Source of the DNA: Novosphingobium sp. 32-60-15
GTDB lineage: Bacteria; Pseudomonadota; Alphaproteobacteria; Sphingomonadales; Sphingomonadaceae
NCBI RefSeq assembly: GCF_002280675.1
Contig: NZ_NCEN01000021.1
Location: 73,299 to 137,298, forward strand
DNA length: 64,000 bases
Direction of reading: 5' to 3'
Numbering within the stretch: the stretch's first letter is position 1; every line of letters starts with the position of its first letter. Below, in pieces: positions 27,508 through 36,489 of this stretch. A model generated the notes under the pieces. That model saw nothing but the letters and a program-made list of their open reading frames with translations. It did not search any database and had not been told where the DNA came from. The translations under genes and the position numbers were made by a program.

Positions 27508-29028
27508 ATGGCGGAAATGGTGACGATCAGGCAAGAAGATCTGATTGAAAGCGTGGCTGATGCCCTTCAATACATCAGCTATTTCCATCCGATGGATTAC
27601 ATCCGCGCGCTGGGCGATGCCTATGAGGCCGAACAGGGCCCGGCTGCCAAGGATGCGATTGCGCAGATTTTGACCAACAGCCGGATGTGCGCCGAAGGCC
27701 ACCGCCCGATCTGTCAGGACACCGGCATCGTCAACGTGTTCATCGAATGGGGCCAGGATTGCCGCCTCGAATCAGACCTGTCTTTACAGGATGTGGTCGA
27801 TGAAGGCGTGCGCCGGGCCTATCTGAACGCGGACAACAAGCTGCGCGCGTCGATCCTTGCCGATCCCGCCTTCACCCGCCGCAATACGAAGGACAATACG
27901 CCCTGCGTGCTTCACGTGGATATGGTCAAAGGCAACAAGGTTTCGGTCGACGTTGCTGCCAAGGGTGGCGGGTCGGAAAACAAGTCCAAGTTCAAAATGA
28001 TGAACCCCAGCGAATCGATTGTCGATTGGGTGGTGGAAATGCTCCCGCAAATGGGTGCTGGCTGGTGCCCGCCGGGAATGCTGGGCATCGGCATTGGCGG
28101 CACGGCGGAACATTGCGTGCTGCTGGCCAAGAAGGCGCTGATGGAGCCGATTGACATGGCGCAGTTGAAGCTGCGCGGGCCACAGACCGACATTGAGCGC
28201 ATGCGCATCGAAATCTTCGACAAGGTCAATGCACTGGGCATCGGTGCACAAGGGCTTGGCGGGCTTTCGACCATACTTGACGTCAAGATCATGGACGCGC
28301 CGTGCCATGCTGCGGGCAAGCCTGTGGCCATGATCCCCAACTGCGCCGCCACGCGCCACGCGCACTTCACGCTGGATGGTTCCGGCCCCGCCTATCTGGA
28401 ACGGCCCAAGCTGGATGAATGGCCGCAAGTGCACTGGGCGCCTGATTCGGCGGCCAAGCGCGTGAACCTTGATACGCTGACGCCAGAAGAGGTGCAGGGC
28501 TGGAAACAGGGTGACCGCTTGCTGCTCAACGGCAAGATGCTGACGGGCCGCGATGCTGCGCACAAGCGCATCAAGGACATGCTGGGGCAAGGCGAGGAAC
28601 TGCCCGTCGATTTCAAGGGCCGCGTGATTTACTACGTCGGCCCGGTCGATCCGGTGCGTGAAGAAGTTGTCGGCCCTGCTGGTCCCACCACCGCCACGCG
28701 GATGGACAGCTTCTCCGACCTGATGCTCGACCTTGGCCTGCTGGCCAGTGTCGGCAAAGCGGAACGCGGGCCTGCCGCCACGCAGTCCATTGCCAAGCAC
28801 AAATCGGCCTATCTGATGGCGGTTGGCGGCGCGGCCTATCTGGTGGCGCGCGCGATCAAGGAAGCCAAAGTCGTGGGCTTTGAAGACCTTGGCATGGAAG
28901 CGATCTATGAATTCACGGTCGAGGATATGCCGGTGACCGTGGCCGTGGACAGCGAAGGCAACAACGTCCACCAGCTTGCCCCGCTGGTGTGGAAAAAGAA
29001 GATTGCGGACGAGGGCCTTTTGGTTTGA
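27508..29028 (+). CDS. Class I (Fe-S) fumarate hydratase
   Basis: PICQDTG, KGGGSEN, GWCPPG, TGRDAAH, AGPTTATRM. Confidence 0.95.
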   Translation: MAEMVTIRQEDLIESVADALQYISYFHPMDYIRALGDAYEAEQGPAAKDAIAQILTNSRMCAEGHRPICQDTGIVNVFIEWGQDCRLESDLSLQDVVDEGVRRAYLNADNKLRASILADPAFTRRNTKDNTPCVLHVDMVKGNKVSVDVAAKGGGSENKSKFKMMNPSESIVDWVVEMLPQMGAGWCPPGMLGIGIGGTAEHCVLLAKKALMEPIDMAQLKLRGPQTDIERMRIEIFDKVNALGIGAQGLGGLSTILDVKIMDAPCHAAGKPVAMIPNCAATRHAHFTLDGSGPAYLERPKLDEWPQVHWAPDSAAKRVNLDTLTPEEVQGWKQGDRLLLNGKMLTGRDAAHKRIKDMLGQGEELPVDFKGRVIYYVGPVDPVREEVVGPAGPTTATRMDSFSDLMLDLGLLASVGKAERGPAATQSIAKHKSAYLMAVGGAAYLVARAIKEAKVVGFEDLGMEAIYEFTVEDMPVTVAVDSEGNNVHQLAPLVWKKKIADEGLLV

Positions 29029-29032
29029 AGTC

Positions 29033-29062
29033 AGGCGGCGCCATTATCCGCGCCGCCTATTT
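29033..29062. terminator. Terminator between convergent fumarase and TM2 genes
   Basis: AGGCGGCGC-8 nt-GCGCCGCCT followed by ATTT. Confidence 0.6.
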
Positions 29063-29066
29063 CAAG

Positions 29067-29495
29067 TCAGCCATATTTGAGGTGGAATGCTTCATCACTA
29101 GTGGCGACATAGATGATTGCTTCGATCAATGCGATCACAGATGGAATGAATGTCCAGCAGAAGATGAGGTAGAGAATGCCTTGCCCTGGCCGATCAAGAT
29201 AAAATTTATGACCGCCAATGCCGCCGAGTAGCAATGCCAAGATGATTGCCGTAACCTTGCTTTTGATGGGGCGTTGATATTGCGGACCGGATGATACCGC
29301 CGCATTCATAAATACATTGGTGTTGCGGTTGCTGGCGCGGAGGGCTTCTTCCGCATGACGCAGTGTCACATCTACAGTTTCGCCACAATGCTTGCATTTC
29401 TTGGCCCTCACGGAGATATCTTCGGCGCAAAATGGGCACTCGACTGTTTGTGACGGCGCACTTTCGTTGGCTGCCGATCCTGCTTCTTCTGACAT
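29067..29495 (-). CDS. Zinc-ribbon plus TM2-domain membrane protein
   Basis: CPFC...CKHC ribbon; KSKVTAIILALLLGGIGGHKFYL TM2 signature; lower GC than neighbours (28/60 in one sampled line). Confidence 0.88.
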   Translation of the reverse strand: MSEEAGSAANESAPSQTVECPFCAEDISVRAKKCKHCGETVDVTLRHAEEALRASNRNTNVFMNAAVSSGPQYQRPIKSKVTAIILALLLGGIGGHKFYLDRPGQGILYLIFCWTFIPSVIALIEAIIYVATSDEAFHLKYG

Positions 29496-29658
29496 TAATT
29501 AAGTTCCCCTGATTTCCGCGTTTAAGGCGGAATTTTGCATTCGTAACAGATTAACGAAAATATCTGAATTGGCTTATTTCGGGGAATAACACGTTCGATA
29601 AACCGCATATCCGGCCCGACCACCGTTCTGGTGCGTCGGGCCGTTCGCGTTTAGGCGT

Positions 29659-31536
29659 GTGCAAATGACATTGGCCAATTCCACTGCCGGCATCGATCCC
29701 GGCATAGCGCGCGTGCCTGCGCGACAAGTCGTGCTGTCCGCGGTGGCGCTGTGGTTGTGCTATTTCCTGCTGATTACCGTGCGCGGGCTGGTGGTGGAAC
29801 TGGGCGACTTTTCCGACCTGTTGTGGCGGCGCGCGGCGGTGACGGTGGCGGGGATCGTGGTGACGGTTGCCTGTTGGCCCCTGTTGCGCCGGTTTGATGG
29901 CCGGTCGTTGCCCGTGCGCGGCGGCGCGGCGCTGGTAATCATGCTGCCTGCCGCACTGGCACTGGCCGTGGTCAACCAGTGGGCCTTTGCCCCCGTTGAG
30001 CAGCGCATGATCGAGCGCATCTCTCGCGAACAGGCTGACGGGCAAACCGCAAAGCAAGTGACGGTGCGCAATGCCGATGGCAGTCCCGGCGTGCAGATCC
30101 GGCACGATATGGCAGGCAATGTGCTGGTCGATGTGCTGGACGAAGGCCTCATGCCTCCGGTGCCCCCTGTTCCGCCTGAACCTGTTGAACCGCCGAAAAC
30201 AAAGGCTTCATCGGGTGCAGCAGCATCGCCCAACGCCGTGCTTGATGATGAAACGCTGGCGGAACTGGAGGCGATGGTCGAGGAGACCGTTGCCGAAACG
30301 ATGAAGAACACCAAAGTCGTCCAGAACGAGGATGGCAGCATGGTGATTACGCAGCCAGGGGTCGTGGTGCGCAAATTTGCCGATGGCCGTTCGGAAGTCC
30401 GCACGGGCGGTTATATCATCCGCAGCGATGCCGATGATGAGGTGGAATCGGTGGAACCGGTGGCAGATGCTGTCGCGCCCGAACCGCCACAGCCGCCTGA
30501 AGCCCCCGCAAACCCCGCGTCGTCGATTGCTGCCCAAAAGGCGCGCGCAGCAGCAGAGCGCGCCCGCGCCACGGCCGAGAAGCAGCGCGTGGCAGCGAGG
30601 CAAACCGCAGAAAAGGCGCTGCGTAACGCCCAGGCTTTGGAGGTAGCCAAGCGGCAGGTTATCGAACGCGTCAACCGTGCCAAGGCCGCACAGGCAACTG
30701 CGCCCGATGTTCCTGCAATATCGCCGTCCGACGTGATCGGCGAAGAAGTGCGCGGGCCTGAAAGTGTGACGATCATCCGCAAGTCGGTGGAAAGCGAAGG
30801 CTTGTGGCGGCAGCTGACCGATGTGGCGCTGGGCCGCTATTTCCTGTTGATTGCATGGGCTGCGCTCTATCTGGCGCTGGGCAATGGTGAACAATTGCGC
30901 GCGGCGGAATATCGCGAAGGGCAATATGCGCGCGCGGCCAAGGCGGCAGAATTGCGCAGCTTGCGCTATCAGGTGAACCCGCATTTCCTGTTCAACACGC
31001 TCAATTCGCTGTCGGCGCTGGTCATGGTCGGACGGGCTGAACAGGCCGAGCGGATGATCCAGTCGATCTCGCGGTTTTATCGCCACAGTCTGGCGGGCGA
31101 TCCTACACAGGACATGCCGCTGGAGGACGAACTGGCCTTGCAGCGCCACTATCTCGATATCGAAGCGGTGCGCTTCCCTGAACGGCTTAAGTGCGAATTT
31201 GACGTGCCCGATGATCTGTTGAGCGCCTGTGTGCCGGGGATGATCCTGCAACCGCTGGTTGAAAACTCGATCAAATATGCCGTTTCCACCACGATCCGTC
31301 CGGTCACCATCCGCATTTCCGCGCGCGAGGCAGGCGGGTTCCTGATCCTGACCGTAGCCGATGACGGGCCGGGCGAAGGTTTCGTCAAAGGCAGCACCGG
31401 GATCGGTCTTGCTAATGTGCGCAGCCGTCTGGCCGCGCGGTTTGGCGAAGATGTGGCCAAAGTGGAAAGCGGTTCCCTGCCGGCGGGCGGATATGCCACC
31501 GTGCTGACCGTGCCGATTGTGCGGAACGAATGTTGA
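29659..31536 (+). CDS. LytS/YehU-type sensor histidine kinase with a long low-complexity insertion
   Basis: LRYQVNPHFLFNTLN, LQPLVENSIKYA, DDGPG, GIGLANV. Confidence 0.92.
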   Translation: MQMTLANSTAGIDPGIARVPARQVVLSAVALWLCYFLLITVRGLVVELGDFSDLLWRRAAVTVAGIVVTVACWPLLRRFDGRSLPVRGGAALVIMLPAALALAVVNQWAFAPVEQRMIERISREQADGQTAKQVTVRNADGSPGVQIRHDMAGNVLVDVLDEGLMPPVPPVPPEPVEPPKTKASSGAAASPNAVLDDETLAELEAMVEETVAETMKNTKVVQNEDGSMVITQPGVVVRKFADGRSEVRTGGYIIRSDADDEVESVEPVADAVAPEPPQPPEAPANPASSIAAQKARAAAERARATAEKQRVAARQTAEKALRNAQALEVAKRQVIERVNRAKAAQATAPDVPAISPSDVIGEEVRGPESVTIIRKSVESEGLWRQLTDVALGRYFLLIAWAALYLALGNGEQLRAAEYREGQYARAAKAAELRSLRYQVNPHFLFNTLNSLSALVMVGRAEQAERMIQSISRFYRHSLAGDPTQDMPLEDELALQRHYLDIEAVRFPERLKCEFDVPDDLLSACVPGMILQPLVENSIKYAVSTTIRPVTIRISAREAGGFLILTVADDGPGEGFVKGSTGIGLANVRSRLAARFGEDVAKVESGSLPAGGYATVLTVPIVRNEC

Positions 31537-31546
31537 GGGAAATGCG

Positions 31547-32281
31547 ATGCGCACGCTGATCGTCGATGATGAACCTTTGGCGGTGGAGCGCATGCAGATC
31601 CTGTGTTCGCGCATCCCGGCCCTGCAAGTGGTCGGTACAGCCAGCGATGGCGCGGCGGCACTGCGCCTGATCGAAGCGCTGACGCCCGATCTTGTGTTGC
31701 TGGACATGACCATGCCCGAAGTCGACGGCCTTGGCGTGGCGCGGGCGCTGGCGGGCCAGGCCAATCGTCCGGCGGTGGTGTTTGTAACCGCGCATGATGA
31801 TTTCGCGGTTGAGGCGTTTGACTGCGACGCTGTGGATTATGTGCTGAAACCCGTGGCGCAAGAACGGTTGGAGCGTGCGGTAGAGCGGGCGCAAGCGCGG
31901 AAAAGTGCGCCGGTTGAAACGCCGCTTGTGCCGGAAAAACCGGCAAGTGAGTGGATCGATGAATTCTGGGTGCCGCACCGTTCGGAATTGATCCGCGTGG
32001 CCGCTGCCGATCTTGAACGCATTGATGCCGAACGCGATTATGTGCGGCTCCACACCGGCCAGCGCAGTTACATGATGCTGCACACCATCGCCGGACTGGA
32101 AGCGCGGCTTGATCCTGATTGCTTCATCCGCCTGCACCGTTCAACCATCGTGCGCAAAGACCGTATCGCGGGCCTGAAGCATGATGGCTTGGGCGTGTGG
32201 TCTGTGGAACTGGCCGATGGTTCGGTGCAGCGGATTGGCCGCACCTATCTGGCGCGGGTCAAGGCAATGGCTGGACGATAA
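31547..32281 (+). CDS. LytTR-family response regulator
   Basis: IVDDE, LLDMTMP, FVTAH, YVLKP receiver; FIRLHRSTIV LytTR domain. Confidence 0.95.
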   Translation: MRTLIVDDEPLAVERMQILCSRIPALQVVGTASDGAAALRLIEALTPDLVLLDMTMPEVDGLGVARALAGQANRPAVVFVTAHDDFAVEAFDCDAVDYVLKPVAQERLERAVERAQARKSAPVETPLVPEKPASEWIDEFWVPHRSELIRVAAADLERIDAERDYVRLHTGQRSYMMLHTIAGLEARLDPDCFIRLHRSTIVRKDRIAGLKHDGLGVWSVELADGSVQRIGRTYLARVKAMAGR

Positions 32282-32282
32282 C

Positions 32283-32318
32283 CACCCCGCTTGCCCCTTG
32301 CACAGGCCAAGCGGGGTG
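32283..32318. terminator. Hairpin between convergent LytTR and maeB genes
   Basis: CACCCCGCTTG ... CAAGCGGGGTG 11-bp stem. Confidence 0.6.
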
Positions 32319-32332
32319 AGTGTTTCAACCCA

Positions 32333-34600
32333 TCAGCCGACAATTCCGGCTGCTGCCAACACGGCCAGCGTCAGGATATCGGGCGCGATCGATGTCATCG
32401 CGGCGATCTGCACGGGCTTTTCCATGCCGATCAGCATCGGGCCGATCACCGCATTGCCTGCCAGTTCGCGCAGCAATTTGGCCGAGATATTGGCCGATTG
32501 CAGGCCCGGCATGATCAGCACGTTGGCAGGGGCGGACAGGCGGCTGAACGGGTAGTTCGCCATGACTTTGGGGTTAAGCGCGGCATCGGGCGCCATTTCG
32601 CCTTCGTATTCGAAGCCGGGATTTTCTTCATCCAGAATGGCCACTGCGCCGCGCACCGTATCAAGCCAGCGGCCATATGGGTTGCCGAAGGTTGAGTAGG
32701 ACAGGAACGCGACGCGGGGTTCGTGGCCCATGCGGCGGGCAACAGCCGCGGTTTCCTTGGCAATATGCGCAAGGTCTTCGGCAGATGGACGCTCGTTCAC
32801 GGTCGTATCGGCCATGAACACGGTGTAATTCTTGGCGACCATCAGGTGGATGCCGAATGGCAAATGGCCGGGCTTGGGCTCAAGCACGCGGCGCACGTCC
32901 TTCATCGACTGCGCAAACGTGCGCGTCATGCCGGTGATCAAGGCATCGCCATGGCCCAGCGCAACCAGCAGCGAGGCAAAGACGTTGCGATCATGATTGA
33001 CCATGCGCTTCACGTCACGTTCCATATAACCGCGACGCTTGAGCTTTTCATAAAGGTAGGCGACCATTTCGGGCACCAGCGGCGAAACCGACGAGTTGTG
33101 AATTTCGTAAGCTTCCGGATTGCTGACGCCCAGTTCTGTCAGCAGATCAAGCACGGCAGGCGTACGGCCCACCAATACCGGCGTGCCATAGCCGAAATCC
33201 TTGAACTGGATGGCCGCGCGCAGCACGACTTCGTTTTCGGCTTCGGCAAAGACCACGCGCTTGGGATCATTCTTGGCCGTCGCAAAGACGTTGGTCAGCA
33301 CTGACGTGGTGGGGTTCAGCCGTGCTTTGAGGCTGTTGCGATAGGCGTCAAAATCCTCGATCGGCTTTTGCGCAACGCCTGAATCCATCGCGGCCTTGGC
33401 CACGGCGGACGATACGACTTCCATCAGGCGCGGATCGAACGGCGCGGGGATGATGTAATCAAGCCCGAAAGTGTGGTTGATGCCATAGGCGGCGGCAACT
33501 TCTTCAGGCACCGGTTCACGCGCCAGTTCGGCAATCGCGCGCGCGGCGGCAATCTTCATTTCCTCGTTGATCGCCGTGGCGCGCACATCGAGCGCACCGC
33601 GGAAAATGAACGGGAAGCCAAGCACGTTATTGACCTGGTTGGGATAATCCGACCGGCCCGTGGCGACGATGCAATCGGGACGGATCGCCTTGGCTTCGGG
33701 CGGGGTGATTTCAGGGTCCGGATTGGCCATCGCAAAGATGATTGGCTGCGGGGCCATTTTCGTTACCCAGTCAGGCTTGAGCGCCCCTGCGGCAGACAGG
33801 CCGAGGAAGATATCCGCACCATCCAGCGCGTCTTCAAGACTGCGCGCGGTCGTATCAACCGCGTGCGCGCTTTTCCACTGGTCCATGCCGCCTTCACGGC
33901 CGCGATAGATCACGCCCGAACGGTCACACATGATCACGTTGTCGTGGCGTACGCCCATCGCCTTGATCAGCGCGGTGCAGGCAATGGCAGCCGCGCCCGC
34001 GCCGTTGACCACGACTTTGACCTCGTTCAGCTTGCGCCCGGTCAGGAAGCAGGCGTTCAGCAGTCCGGCGGCAGAGATGATCGCGGTGCCATGCTGGTCA
34101 TCGTGCATGATCGGGATTTTCAGGCGTTCTTTCAGCGCCTGTTCGATGATGAAGCATTCGGGCGCCTTGATATCTTCAAGGTTGATGCCGCCAAAACTTG
34201 GCTCCATCAGCGCAACCGCTTCGATGAACTTGTCCGCGTCTTCGGTGTCGAGTTCGATGTCGATGGAATCCACATCGGCAAAGCGTTTGAACAGGACCGC
34301 CTTGCCTTCCATCACCGGCTTGGACGCCAACGCGCCCAGATTGCCAAGGCCAAGGATGGCCGTGCCGTTGGAAATGACCGCTACAAGGTTGCCCTTGGCG
34401 GTATATTCATAGGCATCGGACGGGTTTTCCGCGATGGCGCGCACCGGCACGGCAACGCCGGGGGAATAGGCAAGGCTCAAATCGCGCTGGGTCGCCATCG
34501 GCTTGGATGCGATGATCTCGATCTTACCGGGGCGGATCGTGTTGTGATAGAAAAGCGCCTCGCGCTCGGTGAAGCGGACGTTGCTTTCCTCGGACATCAT
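32333..34600 (-). CDS. maeB: NADP-dependent malic enzyme fused to a phosphotransacetylase-like domain
   Basis: SNGTAILGLG, NLEDI, DDQHGTA, GRSDYPNQVNN; C-terminal PTA-like domain. Confidence 0.95.
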   Translation of the reverse strand: MMSEESNVRFTEREALFYHNTIRPGKIEIIASKPMATQRDLSLAYSPGVAVPVRAIAENPSDAYEYTAKGNLVAVISNGTAILGLGNLGALASKPVMEGKAVLFKRFADVDSIDIELDTEDADKFIEAVALMEPSFGGINLEDIKAPECFIIEQALKERLKIPIMHDDQHGTAIISAAGLLNACFLTGRKLNEVKVVVNGAGAAAIACTALIKAMGVRHDNVIMCDRSGVIYRGREGGMDQWKSAHAVDTTARSLEDALDGADIFLGLSAAGALKPDWVTKMAPQPIIFAMANPDPEITPPEAKAIRPDCIVATGRSDYPNQVNNVLGFPFIFRGALDVRATAINEEMKIAAARAIAELAREPVPEEVAAAYGINHTFGLDYIIPAPFDPRLMEVVSSAVAKAAMDSGVAQKPIEDFDAYRNSLKARLNPTTSVLTNVFATAKNDPKRVVFAEAENEVVLRAAIQFKDFGYGTPVLVGRTPAVLDLLTELGVSNPEAYEIHNSSVSPLVPEMVAYLYEKLKRRGYMERDVKRMVNHDRNVFASLLVALGHGDALITGMTRTFAQSMKDVRRVLEPKPGHLPFGIHLMVAKNYTVFMADTTVNERPSAEDLAHIAKETAAVARRMGHEPRVAFLSYSTFGNPYGRWLDTVRGAVAILDEENPGFEYEGEMAPDAALNPKVMANYPFSRLSAPANVLIMPGLQSANISAKLLRELAGNAVIGPMLIGMEKPVQIAAMTSIAPDILTLAVLAAAGIVG

Positions 34601-34716
34601 GTTCCCCGTCTATCTGGCGATAAGTTTAAGCCACTGTCGGACCTTGGCCGCTACGTCAAGGCGCATAGGGGCAGGACCTATCAATCCTGCCTTCGAGGCG
34701 CCGGTTGCGGGCGTTT

Positions 34717-36363
34717 TCACAAATCTTTTGGCGGCAAGGCGGGCATGCCAAGGCGGCGCACTTTGAACAACATGCTGCGGTTTTCCTGCCATACCAGTTG
34801 CAGGCGCGGGTCGCCCTTGCGCGGCAGGCCGGTATCGATCAGCCAGACATAATCGACGCGTTCAATCGGCGCGAACTTCAGCGCGTTATCGACTGTACGA
34901 CGCCAGCCACCGGCGCAGCGGCGCGACCATACGAATTCCGATGGATCGGCGGTGAAATTGCGCCCGGGGCGGAAACGCGGCACCACCATGTGCAGGCCGG
35001 GAACCGCCCAGTTATCATTCACCCACGCCTGCCGGTAGAGGCTGGCAAGGCTGGCAAGGTGATCGCGGCGGGTATTGCGCCATGATTCGTTGATGCACGA
35101 GTGTTCGACAAAGGCCAGCACGCGGCTGCCGGGTTCAACGTGCGTCAGCGCCGAAAGCTGCTTTTTGTAATCGTCCTCATACCCGGCAAAGCTCCACGCC
35201 GTGACCGAAAGGCGCAGCGCCAGCAGGCCCATGCCGCTGTAGGCGACCCACTTGGCCCATTCCGGCTTGCGCGCGCGGCTCCAGTCCTGAAGGCCTAGGC
35301 CCAGCATTGCAGCAACCGGCAGCAGGCGGATATCAACAAACGATGATCCGTTGATATCGCTGGGGATGGCAAGGAACAGCACGAACACCATCAGCGCGGG
35401 CAAGCCCTGTCGCCAGCGCCAGCGCGCGCCAAGAAACGGCCCGACCAGCACCAGCAGGCCCGCAATGATCGAAGTGCCGAAATCCAGCAGCTTGGACTGA
35501 TCGCGCAACGTCAGGACAAAGGACCATGCCTTCTGGTCCCAGCGCCAGATGTTGACCGATTTGGTTTCGGGCGAAAACGCTTTCCACAGCGCGATGGTGA
35601 TGACCGTGGCGAGCAGCGGCCAGCAGGCCTGCCACAACCGCAGGCCGATGGCCTTCCAGTCCAGTGATTTCAGCCATTCACGGTTGGCCAGATCACGCCA
35701 GCGCCAGCCTTCAGGCAGTTCGTCCATGGCGCGGCCAAAGGCATGTGCGCCAACCAGCAATGCCAGCAGCAAGCCGCCGATGGCGTGGCACAGCATGGCC
35801 ACCGGTTGCGCCACCACCAGCATTACGGCGCGCGCGCGCGGGTTGCGCTTTTCCAGCCAGAGCGATGCACCAAACGCGGTGAGCGCAAGGCCGGTGGCAA
35901 GGATGTAGTTGAGGAAGCCCGTCAGCAGCGGAAAGCTGAACACGAACATCAAGGACCATGCCGCAGCGTGTCCGCCCTTGGGGTTCAGCATGCGGATGGT
36001 CCACAGGCAACCGCCTGCAAACAGGCCCGTGGCCAGCACTGTGCTCCACCAGCCCGCCGCCAGGATGCCGAACTGTGCGCCCAGCACTTTCATCAGCACG
36101 CCGCCGCCGATGTTCAGCGTGAACACCCATTTCCACGTAAAATACTTTTCCAGCGGATTGCCGGGGCCAGCCGCTTCAATCGCGGCGGCACCCATGTGGC
36201 CGGGAATATCGATCAGGGGCGGCACTTCGACCAGCGCGAAAGGCAGGCAGATCAACAGCACGCCAATGGCAATGCCGGGGCCGGACAGCCACGGCAACGC
36301 TCCGGCGCGCGCCAGCAAGTGTTTGACACCTGCCAACCAATCTTTTTCGCGGACTTGCGTCAA
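34717..36363 (-). CDS. Multi-pass membrane protein, probable GT-C glycosyltransferase
   Basis: PPLIDIPGH motif after the first TM, about 11 TM helices, C-terminal soluble domain. Start uncertain (TTG at about 36363 with GGAG upstream); the extension to 36699 overlaps mutS. Confidence 0.55.
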   Translation of the reverse strand: MTQVREKDWLAGVKHLLARAGALPWLSGPGIAIGVLLICLPFALVEVPPLIDIPGHMGAAAIEAAGPGNPLEKYFTWKWVFTLNIGGGVLMKVLGAQFGILAAGWWSTVLATGLFAGGCLWTIRMLNPKGGHAAAWSLMFVFSFPLLTGFLNYILATGLALTAFGASLWLEKRNPRARAVMLVVAQPVAMLCHAIGGLLLALLVGAHAFGRAMDELPEGWRWRDLANREWLKSLDWKAIGLRLWQACWPLLATVITIALWKAFSPETKSVNIWRWDQKAWSFVLTLRDQSKLLDFGTSIIAGLLVLVGPFLGARWRWRQGLPALMVFVLFLAIPSDINGSSFVDIRLLPVAAMLGLGLQDWSRARKPEWAKWVAYSGMGLLALRLSVTAWSFAGYEDDYKKQLSALTHVEPGSRVLAFVEHSCINESWRNTRRDHLASLASLYRQAWVNDNWAVPGLHMVVPRFRPGRNFTADPSEFVWSRRCAGGWRRTVDNALKFAPIERVDYVWLIDTGLPRKGDPRLQLVWQENRSMLFKVRRLGMPALPPKDL

Positions 36364-36489
36364 AACCCTGTTTACTCCACACCCACAACCCGCAAGACCG
36401 GTGCCGGCTCTAGCCCGTTTGGTGCAGAGTTGCGGATATCCGGCTTTGACAGTTTGAGAAACACGCGCGGCTGGTCTAGCCACCTCCGC

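Noticed and set aside
29538-29647. LytTR direct-repeat binding site (several CRTTC words)
   Set aside because: Spacings (54, 32 and 18 bp) do not fit the 21-22 bp periodicity expected.
27784-34852. Long antisense ORFs (27784-28971, 30208-31764, 33473-34852; likewise 1090-2175, 5378-6442, 37084-38412, 52327-53451, 60808-61884)
   Set aside because: Each mirrors a well-supported gene on the opposite strand and has no recognisable motifs; typical shadow ORFs.
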